Virus record (IMG/VR): IMGVR_UViG_3300027339_000002
Location: 1-61,187 of that record
Reading direction: 5' to 3' (one strand)
Source: a virus
Taxonomy: Duplodnaviria > Caudoviricetes
Length of the DNA: 61,187 nucleotides
A program made the position numbers and the translations under genes. Below are positions 26,006 through 35,110 of the stretch, piece after piece. The notes under the pieces are model-generated. The model made no database searches and was not told the origin of the DNA. It saw nothing but the letters and a program-made list of their open reading frames with translations. The stretch's first letter is position 1, and each line of letters begins with the position of its first letter.

Positions 26006-28141
26006 ATGCCGATCGACGCCGCCCTGTGCACAAAAATCTGGTACCGCTACGCCTGGGCCCGTGACAACGGGCACGCGCAGTTCGTCGAGAAGGCGGACAA
26101 GTGCGAGGCGTTCTTTCGCGGCGACCAGTGGGACAAGGCCGACAAGACCAAGTTGCGCCTGCAGCGCCGCCCGGCACTGACGATCAACAAGATCATCTCG
26201 ACCATGGCCAACGTCATGGGCGAGCAGATCTACAACCGCAACGAGATCGCGTTCCGCCCGCGCTCAGGGTCGCCCGCCGAGACGGCCGACGTGCTGACGA
26301 AGGTCTTCAAACAGATCAGCGACAACAACCAGCTGGACTGGAAGCGCTCGGACATGTTCGCCGACGGGATCATCACGTCCCGCGGGTTCCTCGACGTCCG
26401 CATCGGGTTCAACGACAGCCTGCAGGGCGAGGTCGTCATCGAGAACCTGAACCCCAAGAACGTCATCGTGGACCCGGACGGCGAGCAGTATGACCCGGAC
26501 ACGTGGAACGAGGTCTTCACGACCAAGTGGGTGACCGCTGACGACATCGCGGTGCTGTACAACAAGGAAGATGCCGATCTTCTGCGCAACCGCGAGCAGA
26601 GTTTCTTCCCGTACGGCTACGACAGCATCCAGTCCACGCGCGATCGCTTCGGTGACCGCTTCAACCCGATGTACAACGGCACGTACGATGAGTCCAGCGT
26701 GATGCGCAACATCCGCTTGATCGAACGTCAGTACCGCACGCTGGATAAGCAGAAGCACTTCGTTGACCCAACCACGGGCGACATGCGCGCCATCCCGGCC
26801 GACTTCGACCGCAACCGCATCGCGTGGTTCGTGGAAAAGTTCGGCTTCAAGGTCGTCCCGAAGATGGTCCACCGCATCAAGTGGGTCGTGATCGCCGACA
26901 ACGTGGTGCTGCACGACGACTGGAGCCCGTACAAGCACTTCACGGTCGTGCCCTTCTTTCCGTTCTTCCGTCACGGCACCACGATCGGCCTCGTGGAGAA
27001 CCTCATCGGGCCGCAGGAGCTGCTCAACAAGGTCTCGAGCCAGGAGCTGCACGTGGTCAACACCACGGCCAACAGCGGCTGGAAGGCCAAGGCCGGCGCC
27101 CTGGTGAACATGAGCGCCGAAGAGCTGGAGCAGCGCGGTGCCGAGACCGGCCTCGTGGTCGAGGTCAATGGCGACCCGGACAAAGACTTGGTCAAGATTC
27201 AGCCCAATCAGGTGCCGCAGGGTCTGGACCGGATCAGCTACAAGGCCGAGGAACACCTCAAGGGGATCTCTGGCGTCTCGGACAGCATGCAGGGCCAAGA
27301 CCGCGCCGACGTCGCCGCCAAGGCGATCCAGGCCAAGCGTCAGGCCGGCAGCACGAACTTCGTCAAGCCTCTGGACAGCTTGACGCGCTCCGACTTCATC
27401 CTGGCTCGCAACATCCTGGACTTGATCCAGACGTTCTACACCGAGGAACGCGTCCTGACCATTACCAAGGACAAGCTCACCGGCGAGGAAGAGACGTTCA
27501 CCATCAACGGCATGAGCCCCGATGGTACTGTCGTCAACGACCTGATGCTCGGTGAGTACGACACCGTCACTTCCAGCGTACCGCAGCGCGAGACCCTGGA
27601 GGACAGCCAATTCGACCAAGCCGTCGCTCTGAAGGAACTGGGTGTCGCCATCCCGGACGAAACGCTGATCGAGAACAGCCGCCTGATCGGCAAGCGCGAG
27701 ATCATCAAGAAGATGAACGCGGCGGCGAACAGCCCCGAGGCGCAGGCACAGCGAGCGCTCGCCATGCGTGGCCAGCAGGCCGAAGTCGCCAAGACGGAAG
27801 CAGAGGCCGCTGGCAAGCAGGCCGACGCCGGCCTCAAGCACGCCAAGGCCCGCAAGGAAGGCGTGCTGGCTGAGAAGGAAGCGGCTACGCCGCCAGAGGA
27901 CAACGGCGCCCAGGCCCAGGCGATGAAGGTGCAGGCCGACATCGCACTCGATGAGAAGAAATTCCAACACGAGATGAGCATGGAAGAGCGCAAAATGCAG
28001 TTCGAGTTCGGGCTGCGCCAGATGGAGGCGCAGCAGAACGCCCGCCTTCGCGAACAGGACGCCGCCGTTCAGCGGGCCGTGGCCGTGAAGCAAGCCAACC
28101 AACCCAACCCCCAACCCTCCAACCCGAAGGAAACAGCATGA
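26006..28141 (+). CDS. portal protein (P22-like)
   Basis: F.GDQW...RPALTINKI, IGLVENLIGPQ..LNK, ISGVSD, coiled C-terminus; follows terL. Confidence 0.92.
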   Translation: MPIDAALCTKIWYRYAWARDNGHAQFVEKADKCEAFFRGDQWDKADKTKLRLQRRPALTINKIISTMANVMGEQIYNRNEIAFRPRSGSPAETADVLTKVFKQISDNNQLDWKRSDMFADGIITSRGFLDVRIGFNDSLQGEVVIENLNPKNVIVDPDGEQYDPDTWNEVFTTKWVTADDIAVLYNKEDADLLRNREQSFFPYGYDSIQSTRDRFGDRFNPMYNGTYDESSVMRNIRLIERQYRTLDKQKHFVDPTTGDMRAIPADFDRNRIAWFVEKFGFKVVPKMVHRIKWVVIADNVVLHDDWSPYKHFTVVPFFPFFRHGTTIGLVENLIGPQELLNKVSSQELHVVNTTANSGWKAKAGALVNMSAEELEQRGAETGLVVEVNGDPDKDLVKIQPNQVPQGLDRISYKAEEHLKGISGVSDSMQGQDRADVAAKAIQAKRQAGSTNFVKPLDSLTRSDFILARNILDLIQTFYTEERVLTITKDKLTGEEETFTINGMSPDGTVVNDLMLGEYDTVTSSVPQRETLEDSQFDQAVALKELGVAIPDETLIENSRLIGKREIIKKMNAAANSPEAQAQRALAMRGQQAEVAKTEAEAAGKQADAGLKHAKARKEGVLAEKEAATPPEDNGAQAQAMKVQADIALDEKKFQHEMSMEERKMQFEFGLRQMEAQQNARLREQDAAVQRAVAVKQANQPNPQPSNPKETA

Positions 28142-29190
28142 TCAAGCTGCACTGGATGTTCAAGCGCTACATGGAACCTGCAGGCGACGCCGACCAGGGC
28201 GGCGCGGGCGGCGGCACAGTCGACCGCGGCGACAACTGGACGCCCACGGACGATGAAGTCAAAAAGCCCGACGTCAAGCCCGACGTCAAGCCGGACGCCG
28301 ACACGATCGGCGCCGCCGACACCTCGCTGCGCGACGGCGGTGGCGGTGACGAGAGCGACGTGGACCCGGACAACCCGGACAAGGGCAGCGACGGCAAGGC
28401 CGACAAGGACGACAAGGCCAAGGCCGACGCGCGCATCCCGCTCAGCCGCCACAAAGAGATCCTCGAGGCCGAGCGCGGCCGACGTGAAGCTCTCGAGCAG
28501 CAGCTGTCGAAGTTCCAGCAAGGCCAGCAAGTCGCTGCCACGAACGACGAGATCACTCAGCTCGAGGACAAGCTGATCGCGAAAGAGACCGAGTACAACA
28601 AGGCCGTGGCAGACGGTGAGCTGGACAAAGCCAACAAGTTGATGCGCGAGATCCGCACGATGGACCGCGACATCAACGACAAGCGCACCAACATGAACAT
28701 CCAGGCCGCGGAAGCTCGCGCCGTCGAGCGCGTGCGCTACGACACCCTGGTCGACCGCATGGAAGAGGCCTACCCGCAGCTGGACCCCAAGCACCAGGAC
28801 TTCGACAAGGACAAGACCGCTGAAGTGCTCGAGCTCAAGGCCGCCTACCAAACCACGGGCTACACGCCCTCGCAGGCGCTGCAGAAGGCTATCAAGCTCA
28901 TCATGCCGCCCAAGACCCGCGCCCAGGAGACCGCCGCCGAGGCCACCCCGCGCGTCAGTGCTGAGGACGCGGCCAAGGCCAAGGCAGAAGCGCGTGCGGC
29001 AGAGCAGCGCAAGAAGAACGCGGACGTTGCCGGCCGGCAGCCTCCTGCGACGACGAAGGTCGGCCAAGACCACGACAAGCTCGGTGGCCAGATCAGCGCG
29101 AAGGACGTGCTCAAGATGTCGCAGGACGACTTCATGAAGCTCGACGAAAAGACCCTGGCTGCCATGCGCGGCGACGAACTGGAGGCATGA
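28138..29190 (+). CDS. capsid scaffolding protein
   Basis: Acidic low-complexity N-terminus, RIPLSR, coiled coils, C-terminal MSQDDF..LD...RGD; between portal and capsid. Confidence 0.75.
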   Translation: MIKLHWMFKRYMEPAGDADQGGAGGGTVDRGDNWTPTDDEVKKPDVKPDVKPDADTIGAADTSLRDGGGGDESDVDPDNPDKGSDGKADKDDKAKADARIPLSRHKEILEAERGRREALEQQLSKFQQGQQVAATNDEITQLEDKLIAKETEYNKAVADGELDKANKLMREIRTMDRDINDKRTNMNIQAAEARAVERVRYDTLVDRMEEAYPQLDPKHQDFDKDKTAEVLELKAAYQTTGYTPSQALQKAIKLIMPPKTRAQETAAEATPRVSAEDAAKAKAEARAAEQRKKNADVAGRQPPATTKVGQDHDKLGGQISAKDVLKMSQDDFMKLDEKTLAAMRGDELEA

Positions 29191-29534
29191 TCATGGCTCG
29201 CATCCACACTGACCACAACGGCGTCTATGTGAACGCCATCAGCGGCATGGCAGACGGTACCAGCGTCGAAGGGCATGTGTACGACGTTCACGCCGGGCGT
29301 TACTCTCTCCGCCTGTCGTTCCAGCTCGGGCCGATCAAAGAGGCCGGCGTCAACGGCCTGACCAACGAGGCCCTCATCGCGGTGCTGACGCATCGCATGA
29401 AGGTGCTCAACAGCAAGTTCCCGTGCGCTGAAAACCAGCGCGCCATCAACCACCTCGAGCTGGCCGCGCAGGCGCTTGAGTCGCGCACCAAGGACCGTAT
29501 CGCACGTGGGGTCGAAGGAACCCACGCCTCTTAA
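29187..29534 (+). CDS. tad1: Tad1-like anti-defence nucleotide sponge
   Basis: FQ.G...G...E.L..V..R....F...EN..A..HLE.A...L..R..DRI.R.V.GT matches the Tad1 C-terminal signature as I recall it. Confidence 0.75.
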   Translation: MIMARIHTDHNGVYVNAISGMADGTSVEGHVYDVHAGRYSLRLSFQLGPIKEAGVNGLTNEALIAVLTHRMKVLNSKFPCAENQRAINHLELAAQALESRTKDRIARGVEGTHAS

Positions 29535-29549
29535 CTTTCGGAGACCGCC

Positions 29550-32249
29550 GTGCACTACACCTCGAACCTCGTTTCATCCCCGTCCAATCTCCCTGGCTAC
29601 CGAACAGGCGACACCATCAGCATGGGCGACGGCTCGGCGTGGGTCTACTACGAAGGGGCGGGGTGGGTGCCCGACGTGTCCTCGGGCGCGGCATTTGCCG
29701 CGCCCAAACCGAGCGGCAACGACGACACCGCCATCCTGCAGGACTTCCTCGATACCATGGGGGCGGAAGCCGCCGCCTCGAAGCGCCGCCGCACCGTCGA
29801 GCTGTACGGGCAGGCCCCGTACCTCGTGAGCGGGTTGTGGCACCCTGAGTTCATCCACATCAAGGGCAACGGCACCACGTTGATCAAGACGACCAACGCC
29901 GTCTACACCAACGGGGCCCTGTTCACCAGCCCTCTGTCGTCGGTCATCCGCGCCAAATGGAACAAGAAGAACGGCAGCTGGTACGGTTCGGCGCGCTTCA
30001 TGGGTCTCGAAGACATCACGCTTGATGCTGCGAACAAAGACTACCTGTCCGTGATGGAGTACTTCAACGTCGAGAACCTGCTCATCAAGGACGTGACGCT
30101 CATCGCAGGGCTGTGGTCGCAGAACTGGTCCACGCGCATCGGCGGAAAGAACATCACGATCATGAACCCCCGGGTCCTGGGCGCCACGCGGGTGTTCCAA
30201 GACGGGCTGCACATCCTGTTCGGCGAAAACATCCACGTGATCGGCGGGTACATCGAGGCGGGCGACGACTGCTTGGCCTTCGGCGACGATCAGATCACCA
30301 ACAGCGAGTATTACGACGATCAAGGGCTCAAGAACTTTTCGGCTGTGGGTGTGTCTACGCTCGGCACACGCGGCGCGGGCTGCAAGGTGTACGTCCCGGC
30401 AACCAAACCGTTCGCCTCTGCACTGGGGTACACCAAAACAGGTCGCGTCTCCGGCGGTCGCATCTCGTTCACGGGTCGTGTAGGCCAGCTGCGCAACGGC
30501 GGCGTGTCGCTCATGAACCACGCTACCCCTGACACCAGCGTCATCTCCGATCTGCGCGACGTGCACGTGGAGGCCGACTTGGATGTCGGTACCGACGGCA
30601 CGGGGGTGTATTCGGCGATCCCGGGCACATTGATCGGCTCGCCATCGGCCGTGTCGCTCGCCAGCGAGGCCATCGTCACGCTCAACGGTCACGGGTTGAC
30701 CACGGGCAAAGTCGTCTCGTTCATCAACATCCCGTCCAACGGCATGCAGAACCTGTCGGGCTTTTACCAAGTCCGTATCCCGACCGCCAACACGTTCGGT
30801 CTGAGCGACATCGCGTATCGTAACAACGTGGGTCTGGACAGCACGGCGTTCGCCGCCTGGACATCCGGCCAGCTGGTGCATGTGTCGTCGGGCACTGGCT
30901 ACACCGTCGGCGACGACCTGACGTTGTCGGGCGGCTCAGTGCAAGAACACGCTGTGTTCCGCGTCACGCAAGTCGGCCCCAACGGTGAGGTCGAGGCGGT
31001 GCGCCCCATTTCGCGCGGCAAGTACACCACTCTTCCGCCCACCCCCAATTCGCCGACAGGCGGCACCGGCACCGGCTGTCAGCTGTTCCTCGAGCTGACC
31101 CACTCCGGAGTGAACGCGTTCGGCGTGATGAACGTGGGCACGATGGACACCTCCGTCGAAGCGAGTCTCGTCATCAACGACACGACCGGTTCGTCCACAC
31201 GCTTCGGCGTCGGGTCCTTGCAGGACGTCCAGGGCACGCAGACGAAAATCAACTGTCAGAACATGCCCGGAAACGGCGGGATTCAGATCGCGAACGCTTC
31301 GACCGTGCACAAAACCCGCGATAACCGCATCTCGGGGCACCTCGTCAGCAACGCGGACGTGTCAGTGGTGAACGGTCATGTGATCTCGTTCAACGCACGC
31401 GACACGGTCCTGCACGACTGCTTGTTCGAGGGCGTGCAGCCCAACGTGGCAGCGATCAACTTCGGGTTCAACGGCAACTTCTGGCAAGAGCACGTCTTTG
31501 TTTCAGCGACTGATTCCGTCGACGGGTTCGGCGCCTATGAATGCCCGATCGGCACGCCTGCGGTCGGTTGGCGTGCCGGTGACTACGTCGGCATCTTTGA
31601 CAACGTGCTGTCAGGCGGCGGGTCTCTGAACGGCTACTACTGGATCTACAAGATGTTCGGCGAGACGACCATCTACCTCAAGGACTTCAACAACGAGGTA
31701 GTGGGCTTGCGCGGGGCCACCGTTGTCACTCCCGGCCGCACCGCGCTTACGCAAAACACGATGACGTTGGAACGCGTCACGATCCGCGGCGGCGCGTCGT
31801 CGTACGGCATCGGCGCGGCGTCGAACAACCCCCTCCGCGTCAACGGACTGGTCATCAAGGACAGCGACTTCAGCGGCGTAATCACGCCGCTTGCGCCGAA
31901 CGTGATGAACTTGCCCATCATGTCGGTAGCGAACACCCTGGGCATCACATGTGACACCCGTGTGTACAAAGCTGCCTCCGTTACGCACAGCATGCTGACC
32001 AGCCGCAAGATTGTTCTGCAGCCCAGCGCAAACCTGACCATCAACGCGCCGACATCGGCGCGCAAAGGCGACGAGCTGGATGTCACGATCGTGCACCCGG
32101 CGGGCGGAGCGGTGACGGTGACCTGGGCCTCGGTGTTCAAGAAAGCCGATGACGGCACGGCCGCTGCGGGCTCCACGGGCAGCACGCGCTTCGCGTACGA
32201 CGGCACGAAGTGGGTACAGAAAGGCGGCGCGCTCGCGTACTTCGCGTGA
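29550..32249 (+). CDS. beta-helix (pectin lyase-like) spike or depolymerase
   Basis: DDTAILQ, DGLHI, GDDCLAF; inserted beta-domains (NGHGLTTG...TANTF; SGTGYTVGD). Confidence 0.75.
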   Translation: MHYTSNLVSSPSNLPGYRTGDTISMGDGSAWVYYEGAGWVPDVSSGAAFAAPKPSGNDDTAILQDFLDTMGAEAAASKRRRTVELYGQAPYLVSGLWHPEFIHIKGNGTTLIKTTNAVYTNGALFTSPLSSVIRAKWNKKNGSWYGSARFMGLEDITLDAANKDYLSVMEYFNVENLLIKDVTLIAGLWSQNWSTRIGGKNITIMNPRVLGATRVFQDGLHILFGENIHVIGGYIEAGDDCLAFGDDQITNSEYYDDQGLKNFSAVGVSTLGTRGAGCKVYVPATKPFASALGYTKTGRVSGGRISFTGRVGQLRNGGVSLMNHATPDTSVISDLRDVHVEADLDVGTDGTGVYSAIPGTLIGSPSAVSLASEAIVTLNGHGLTTGKVVSFINIPSNGMQNLSGFYQVRIPTANTFGLSDIAYRNNVGLDSTAFAAWTSGQLVHVSSGTGYTVGDDLTLSGGSVQEHAVFRVTQVGPNGEVEAVRPISRGKYTTLPPTPNSPTGGTGTGCQLFLELTHSGVNAFGVMNVGTMDTSVEASLVINDTTGSSTRFGVGSLQDVQGTQTKINCQNMPGNGGIQIANASTVHKTRDNRISGHLVSNADVSVVNGHVISFNARDTVLHDCLFEGVQPNVAAINFGFNGNFWQEHVFVSATDSVDGFGAYECPIGTPAVGWRAGDYVGIFDNVLSGGGSLNGYYWIYKMFGETTIYLKDFNNEVVGLRGATVVTPGRTALTQNTMTLERVTIRGGASSYGIGAASNNPLRVNGLVIKDSDFSGVITPLAPNVMNLPIMSVANTLGITCDTRVYKAASVTHSMLTSRKIVLQPSANLTINAPTSARKGDELDVTIVHPAGGAVTVTWASVFKKADDGTAAAGSTGSTRFAYDGTKWVQKGGALAYFA

Positions 32250-32263
32250 CCCGTTGCCAATCA

Positions 32264-32295
32264 AGAACAGCCCGCATCGCGGGCTGTTCTCTTTT
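32264..32295 (+). terminator. Rho-independent terminator
   Basis: AGAACAGCCCGC-ATC-GCGGGCTGTTCT followed by CTTTT. Confidence 0.8.
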
Positions 32296-32415
32296 GTGTA
32301 AAAAGTAGATTACACTCGCTCCCATCGTGCGAGATGACGACACATTCTCAGTTCGCTGGTCGTGGCGAGACACGACAAATGCCAGTACTTCAACCCACAG
32401 TCAAAGGAGAGCCCC

Positions 32416-33528
32416 ATGGCACTCACGAACTTTGGCCTGCTGACCAGTGAACAGAAGACCGTTTGGTCGATGGACCTCTGGCGTCAGGCCCGCAACATGT
32501 CCTTCGTCAACCGCTTCCTGGGCAAAGGCCCCAACTCGCTGATCCAGCACATCACCGAGCTGAAGAAGACCGAGAAGGGCGCTCGCGCAGTCATCACCCT
32601 GCTGGCCGACCTGCAAGGCGACGGCGTGGCCGGTGACCGCACCCTGGAAGGCAACGAAGAGGCGATGCAGACCTTCGATCAGGTGATCCGCGTCGACCAG
32701 CTGCGTCACGCCAACCGCCACGAAGGCCGCATGGCCGACCAGAAGTCGATCGTCGAGTTCCGCGGCAACAGCCGTGACGTGCTGGCCTACTGGCTGGCCG
32801 ACCGCATCGACCAGCTGGCCTTCCTGACCATGTCCGGCGTGGCCTACACCAAGAAGAACAACGGTACCAACCGCACCGGTTCGGACCTGCCGTTCCTCGA
32901 GTTCGGCGCCGACGTGGCAGCCCCGTCCGCCAACCGCCGCCTGCGCTGGGACGGCACCAACAAGACGCTGGTCGCCTCGGCTGCCACGTCTGCGTTGGCC
33001 GCCGCCGACACCCCGACGTGGAACATGTTCGTGCAGCTCAAGGCTTACGCCAAGGAGCGCTACGTTCGCGGCATCAAGGAAGACGGCGGCGAGGAAACCT
33101 ACCACGCCTTCCTGACCCCCTCGGCGTTCGCGAAGCTGAAGCAGGACCCCGACTACATGCTGAACCTGCGTCACTCGCAGCAGGCCGACAAGAACAACGC
33201 CCTGTTCACCGGCTCCAGCGTGAAGATCGACGGCATCTACCTGCACGAGTTCCGCCACGTCTACAACACCCGCGGTGCCGCTTCCGGCTCCAAGTGGGGC
33301 TCCGGCGGTACCGTCGACGGTTGCCAAGTCCTGTTCTGCGGCGCGCAGGCCCTGGGCATGGCAGACATCGGCGCCCCCGAGTGGGTCGAGAAGGGTTTCG
33401 ACTACGAGAACCAACAAGGCATCTCGGTGGGCAAGATCCTGGGCTTCCTGAAGCCCAAGTTCGGCAACATCTACGAGGCCGGTTCCGTCGAAGACTTCGG
33501 CGTGATCTCCTGCTACGTCGCCCAGTAA
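32416..33528 (+). CDS. major capsid protein (DUF4043/N4-gp56-like)
   Basis: AAGGAG RBS; LEGNEE, DQLRHA, LFTG, LFCGAQAL, FDYEN, DFGVI. Confidence 0.92.
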   Translation: MALTNFGLLTSEQKTVWSMDLWRQARNMSFVNRFLGKGPNSLIQHITELKKTEKGARAVITLLADLQGDGVAGDRTLEGNEEAMQTFDQVIRVDQLRHANRHEGRMADQKSIVEFRGNSRDVLAYWLADRIDQLAFLTMSGVAYTKKNNGTNRTGSDLPFLEFGADVAAPSANRRLRWDGTNKTLVASAATSALAAADTPTWNMFVQLKAYAKERYVRGIKEDGGEETYHAFLTPSAFAKLKQDPDYMLNLRHSQQADKNNALFTGSSVKIDGIYLHEFRHVYNTRGAASGSKWGSGGTVDGCQVLFCGAQALGMADIGAPEWVEKGFDYENQQGISVGKILGFLKPKFGNIYEAGSVEDFGVISCYVAQ

Positions 33529-33535
33529 CGGGCCA

Positions 33536-33555
33536 GGGCCGGCTGACGCCGGCCC
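33536..33555 (+). other. GC-rich hairpin after the capsid gene
   Basis: GGGCCGGC-TGAC-GCCGGCCC with no U tract. Confidence 0.55.
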
Positions 33556-33588
33556 GTAGCACAACCAGCTCATGAAAGGAGGCCAGTC

Positions 33589-34023
33589 ATGGCCAAGCTC
33601 CTGAAGAACCGAGGCCTGCAGTACGCGCTGTCGGCTGAGTTCACCCTCAACGTGACCGACACCATGGTCATGACCGACGGCGTCGAGAAGTTGTTCTCGG
33701 TCGCCGCCCCCGTGGCCGACATCATCGGTCTGCCGCCCAACGCTGTTGTCGTCGGCGGTGACGTGACCGTCGAGACCGTGTCGAACGACACCGGTACCGC
33801 GACCATCGCCGTGGGCGACTCGGCGTCGGCCAGCCGCTACTTGGCCGCCACCAGCATCAAGACGGCCGGTCGCACGGCTCTGGTGCCCACCGGCTACCGC
33901 GGTTCTGGTGAAGACATCCGCATCACCCTGGCCAACCAGAACGGCAACGCCACGGCAGGCACGGTGACCGTCCGCGTCCAGTACGTCGTGACCGGCCGCA
34001 CCAACGAAGTCCAGGTCGCTTGA
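33589..34023 (+). CDS. capsid decoration/cement protein
   Basis: AGGAGG RBS; beta-rich LPPNAVV..G..V...; immediately after the capsid gene. Confidence 0.7.
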   Translation: MAKLLKNRGLQYALSAEFTLNVTDTMVMTDGVEKLFSVAAPVADIIGLPPNAVVVGGDVTVETVSNDTGTATIAVGDSASASRYLAATSIKTAGRTALVPTGYRGSGEDIRITLANQNGNATAGTVTVRVQYVVTGRTNEVQVA

Positions 34024-34037
34024 TCTGAACAACCCAC

Positions 34038-34061
34038 GTCAGGGCTTCGGCCCTGACTTCT
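34038..34061 (+). terminator. UUCG hairpin, possibly a weak terminator
   Basis: GTCAGGGC-TTCG-GCCCTGAC-TTCT. Confidence 0.55.
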
Positions 34062-34073
34062 AAGGAGCCGAAC

Positions 34074-34439
34074 ATGAAATTCATCTCGAGTCGCGATCGC
34101 ACCATCGCGTCGCTGACCGGCCACTCGATCGAGTTCAAGAAGGGTGTGCCGACGTTTGTCCCCAAGGAGATGCACGCCGAAGTGCTCAACCTGGGGTGCG
34201 TGCCCGAGGAAGAGCTGCAAGACAGCACCGACGACAAGCCTGCGGTCGAACCGACTGACCCGACCGAACGCCAGGACGCGCTGCTGGCTGCCATCGCGGT
34301 CATGGTGGAGCGCAACTCCCGCGACGACTTCGGCGCCAACGGTGCTCCGAGCATCAAGGCCCTGAACGACGCCCTCGGCTGGAAGCCCAGCGCTGAAGAG
34401 CGCGACACTGCGTGGCTCGAGTACCAGACCAAGGACTGA
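34074..34439 (+). CDS. hypothetical virion-module protein
   Basis: AAGGAG RBS; DF..NG.P.I.AL...G....AEERD.AW. Confidence 0.75.
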   Translation: MKFISSRDRTIASLTGHSIEFKKGVPTFVPKEMHAEVLNLGCVPEEELQDSTDDKPAVEPTDPTERQDALLAAIAVMVERNSRDDFGANGAPSIKALNDALGWKPSAEERDTAWLEYQTKD

Positions 34440-34440
34440 C

Positions 34441-35100
34441 ATGACCGGCCAAGAGCTGCTTCAGCTGTTCCGCCAGGAGATGAACGATCTGGCTGCGCCG
34501 TACCTTTGGTCCGACGCAGAGATCCTGTCGTACATCGACGACGCGCAGATGATGTTCTGCCGAAAAACGGACGGGATCGCTGACGCCTCGACGGCCAGCA
34601 TCGTCAACATCGAGGTCATCGCAGGCCAGGACTGGTACACCACCAGTCCCCTCATTCTGAAATGGCGCACCGCTTTCCGTCGGGACAACGGACGCCCGGT
34701 CGATCTCGTCAACATCGAAGACACCGCGACCCAGGGCATGCGCTTCGATGGGCGCAGCGGCCCGGTGGGCGCGGTCGTCATCGGGCTGGAGCGCACCAAA
34801 GTCCGCGTCTGGCCCCTGCCCTCTGAAGACGTCGTCATCGAGACCACTGTGTTCCGCCTGCCGCTGCAGCCGGTCAACAACGCGACGAAAAACGAACAGC
34901 TCGAGGTCGACGTGCAGCACCACCAGCACCTTCTACGCTGGGTCAAGTCGCGGGCCTACGGCAAACAGGACTCCGAGGCTTTCGACAAGACGAAGGCGCG
35001 CGAGTTCGAGCTATCCTTCTTGCAGTACTGCGAGGATTCCAAGATCGAAGACCGCCGACTGCGCCACAAAACGCGCGTCGTAGCGTACGGCGGCTACTAA
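34441..35100 (+). CDS. head-tail adaptor protein
   Basis: D...PYLWSDAEI..YIDDAQ, VWPLP, AY.KQD.E. Confidence 0.75.
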   Translation: MTGQELLQLFRQEMNDLAAPYLWSDAEILSYIDDAQMMFCRKTDGIADASTASIVNIEVIAGQDWYTTSPLILKWRTAFRRDNGRPVDLVNIEDTATQGMRFDGRSGPVGAVVIGLERTKVRVWPLPSEDVVIETTVFRLPLQPVNNATKNEQLEVDVQHHQHLLRWVKSRAYGKQDSEAFDKTKAREFELSFLQYCEDSKIEDRRLRHKTRVVAYGGY

Positions 35101-35110
35101 GGAGCAGACG

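Noticed and set aside
28264-28296. 9-12 bp tandem repeat
   Set aside because: Encodes the KPDV linker repeats of the scaffold protein
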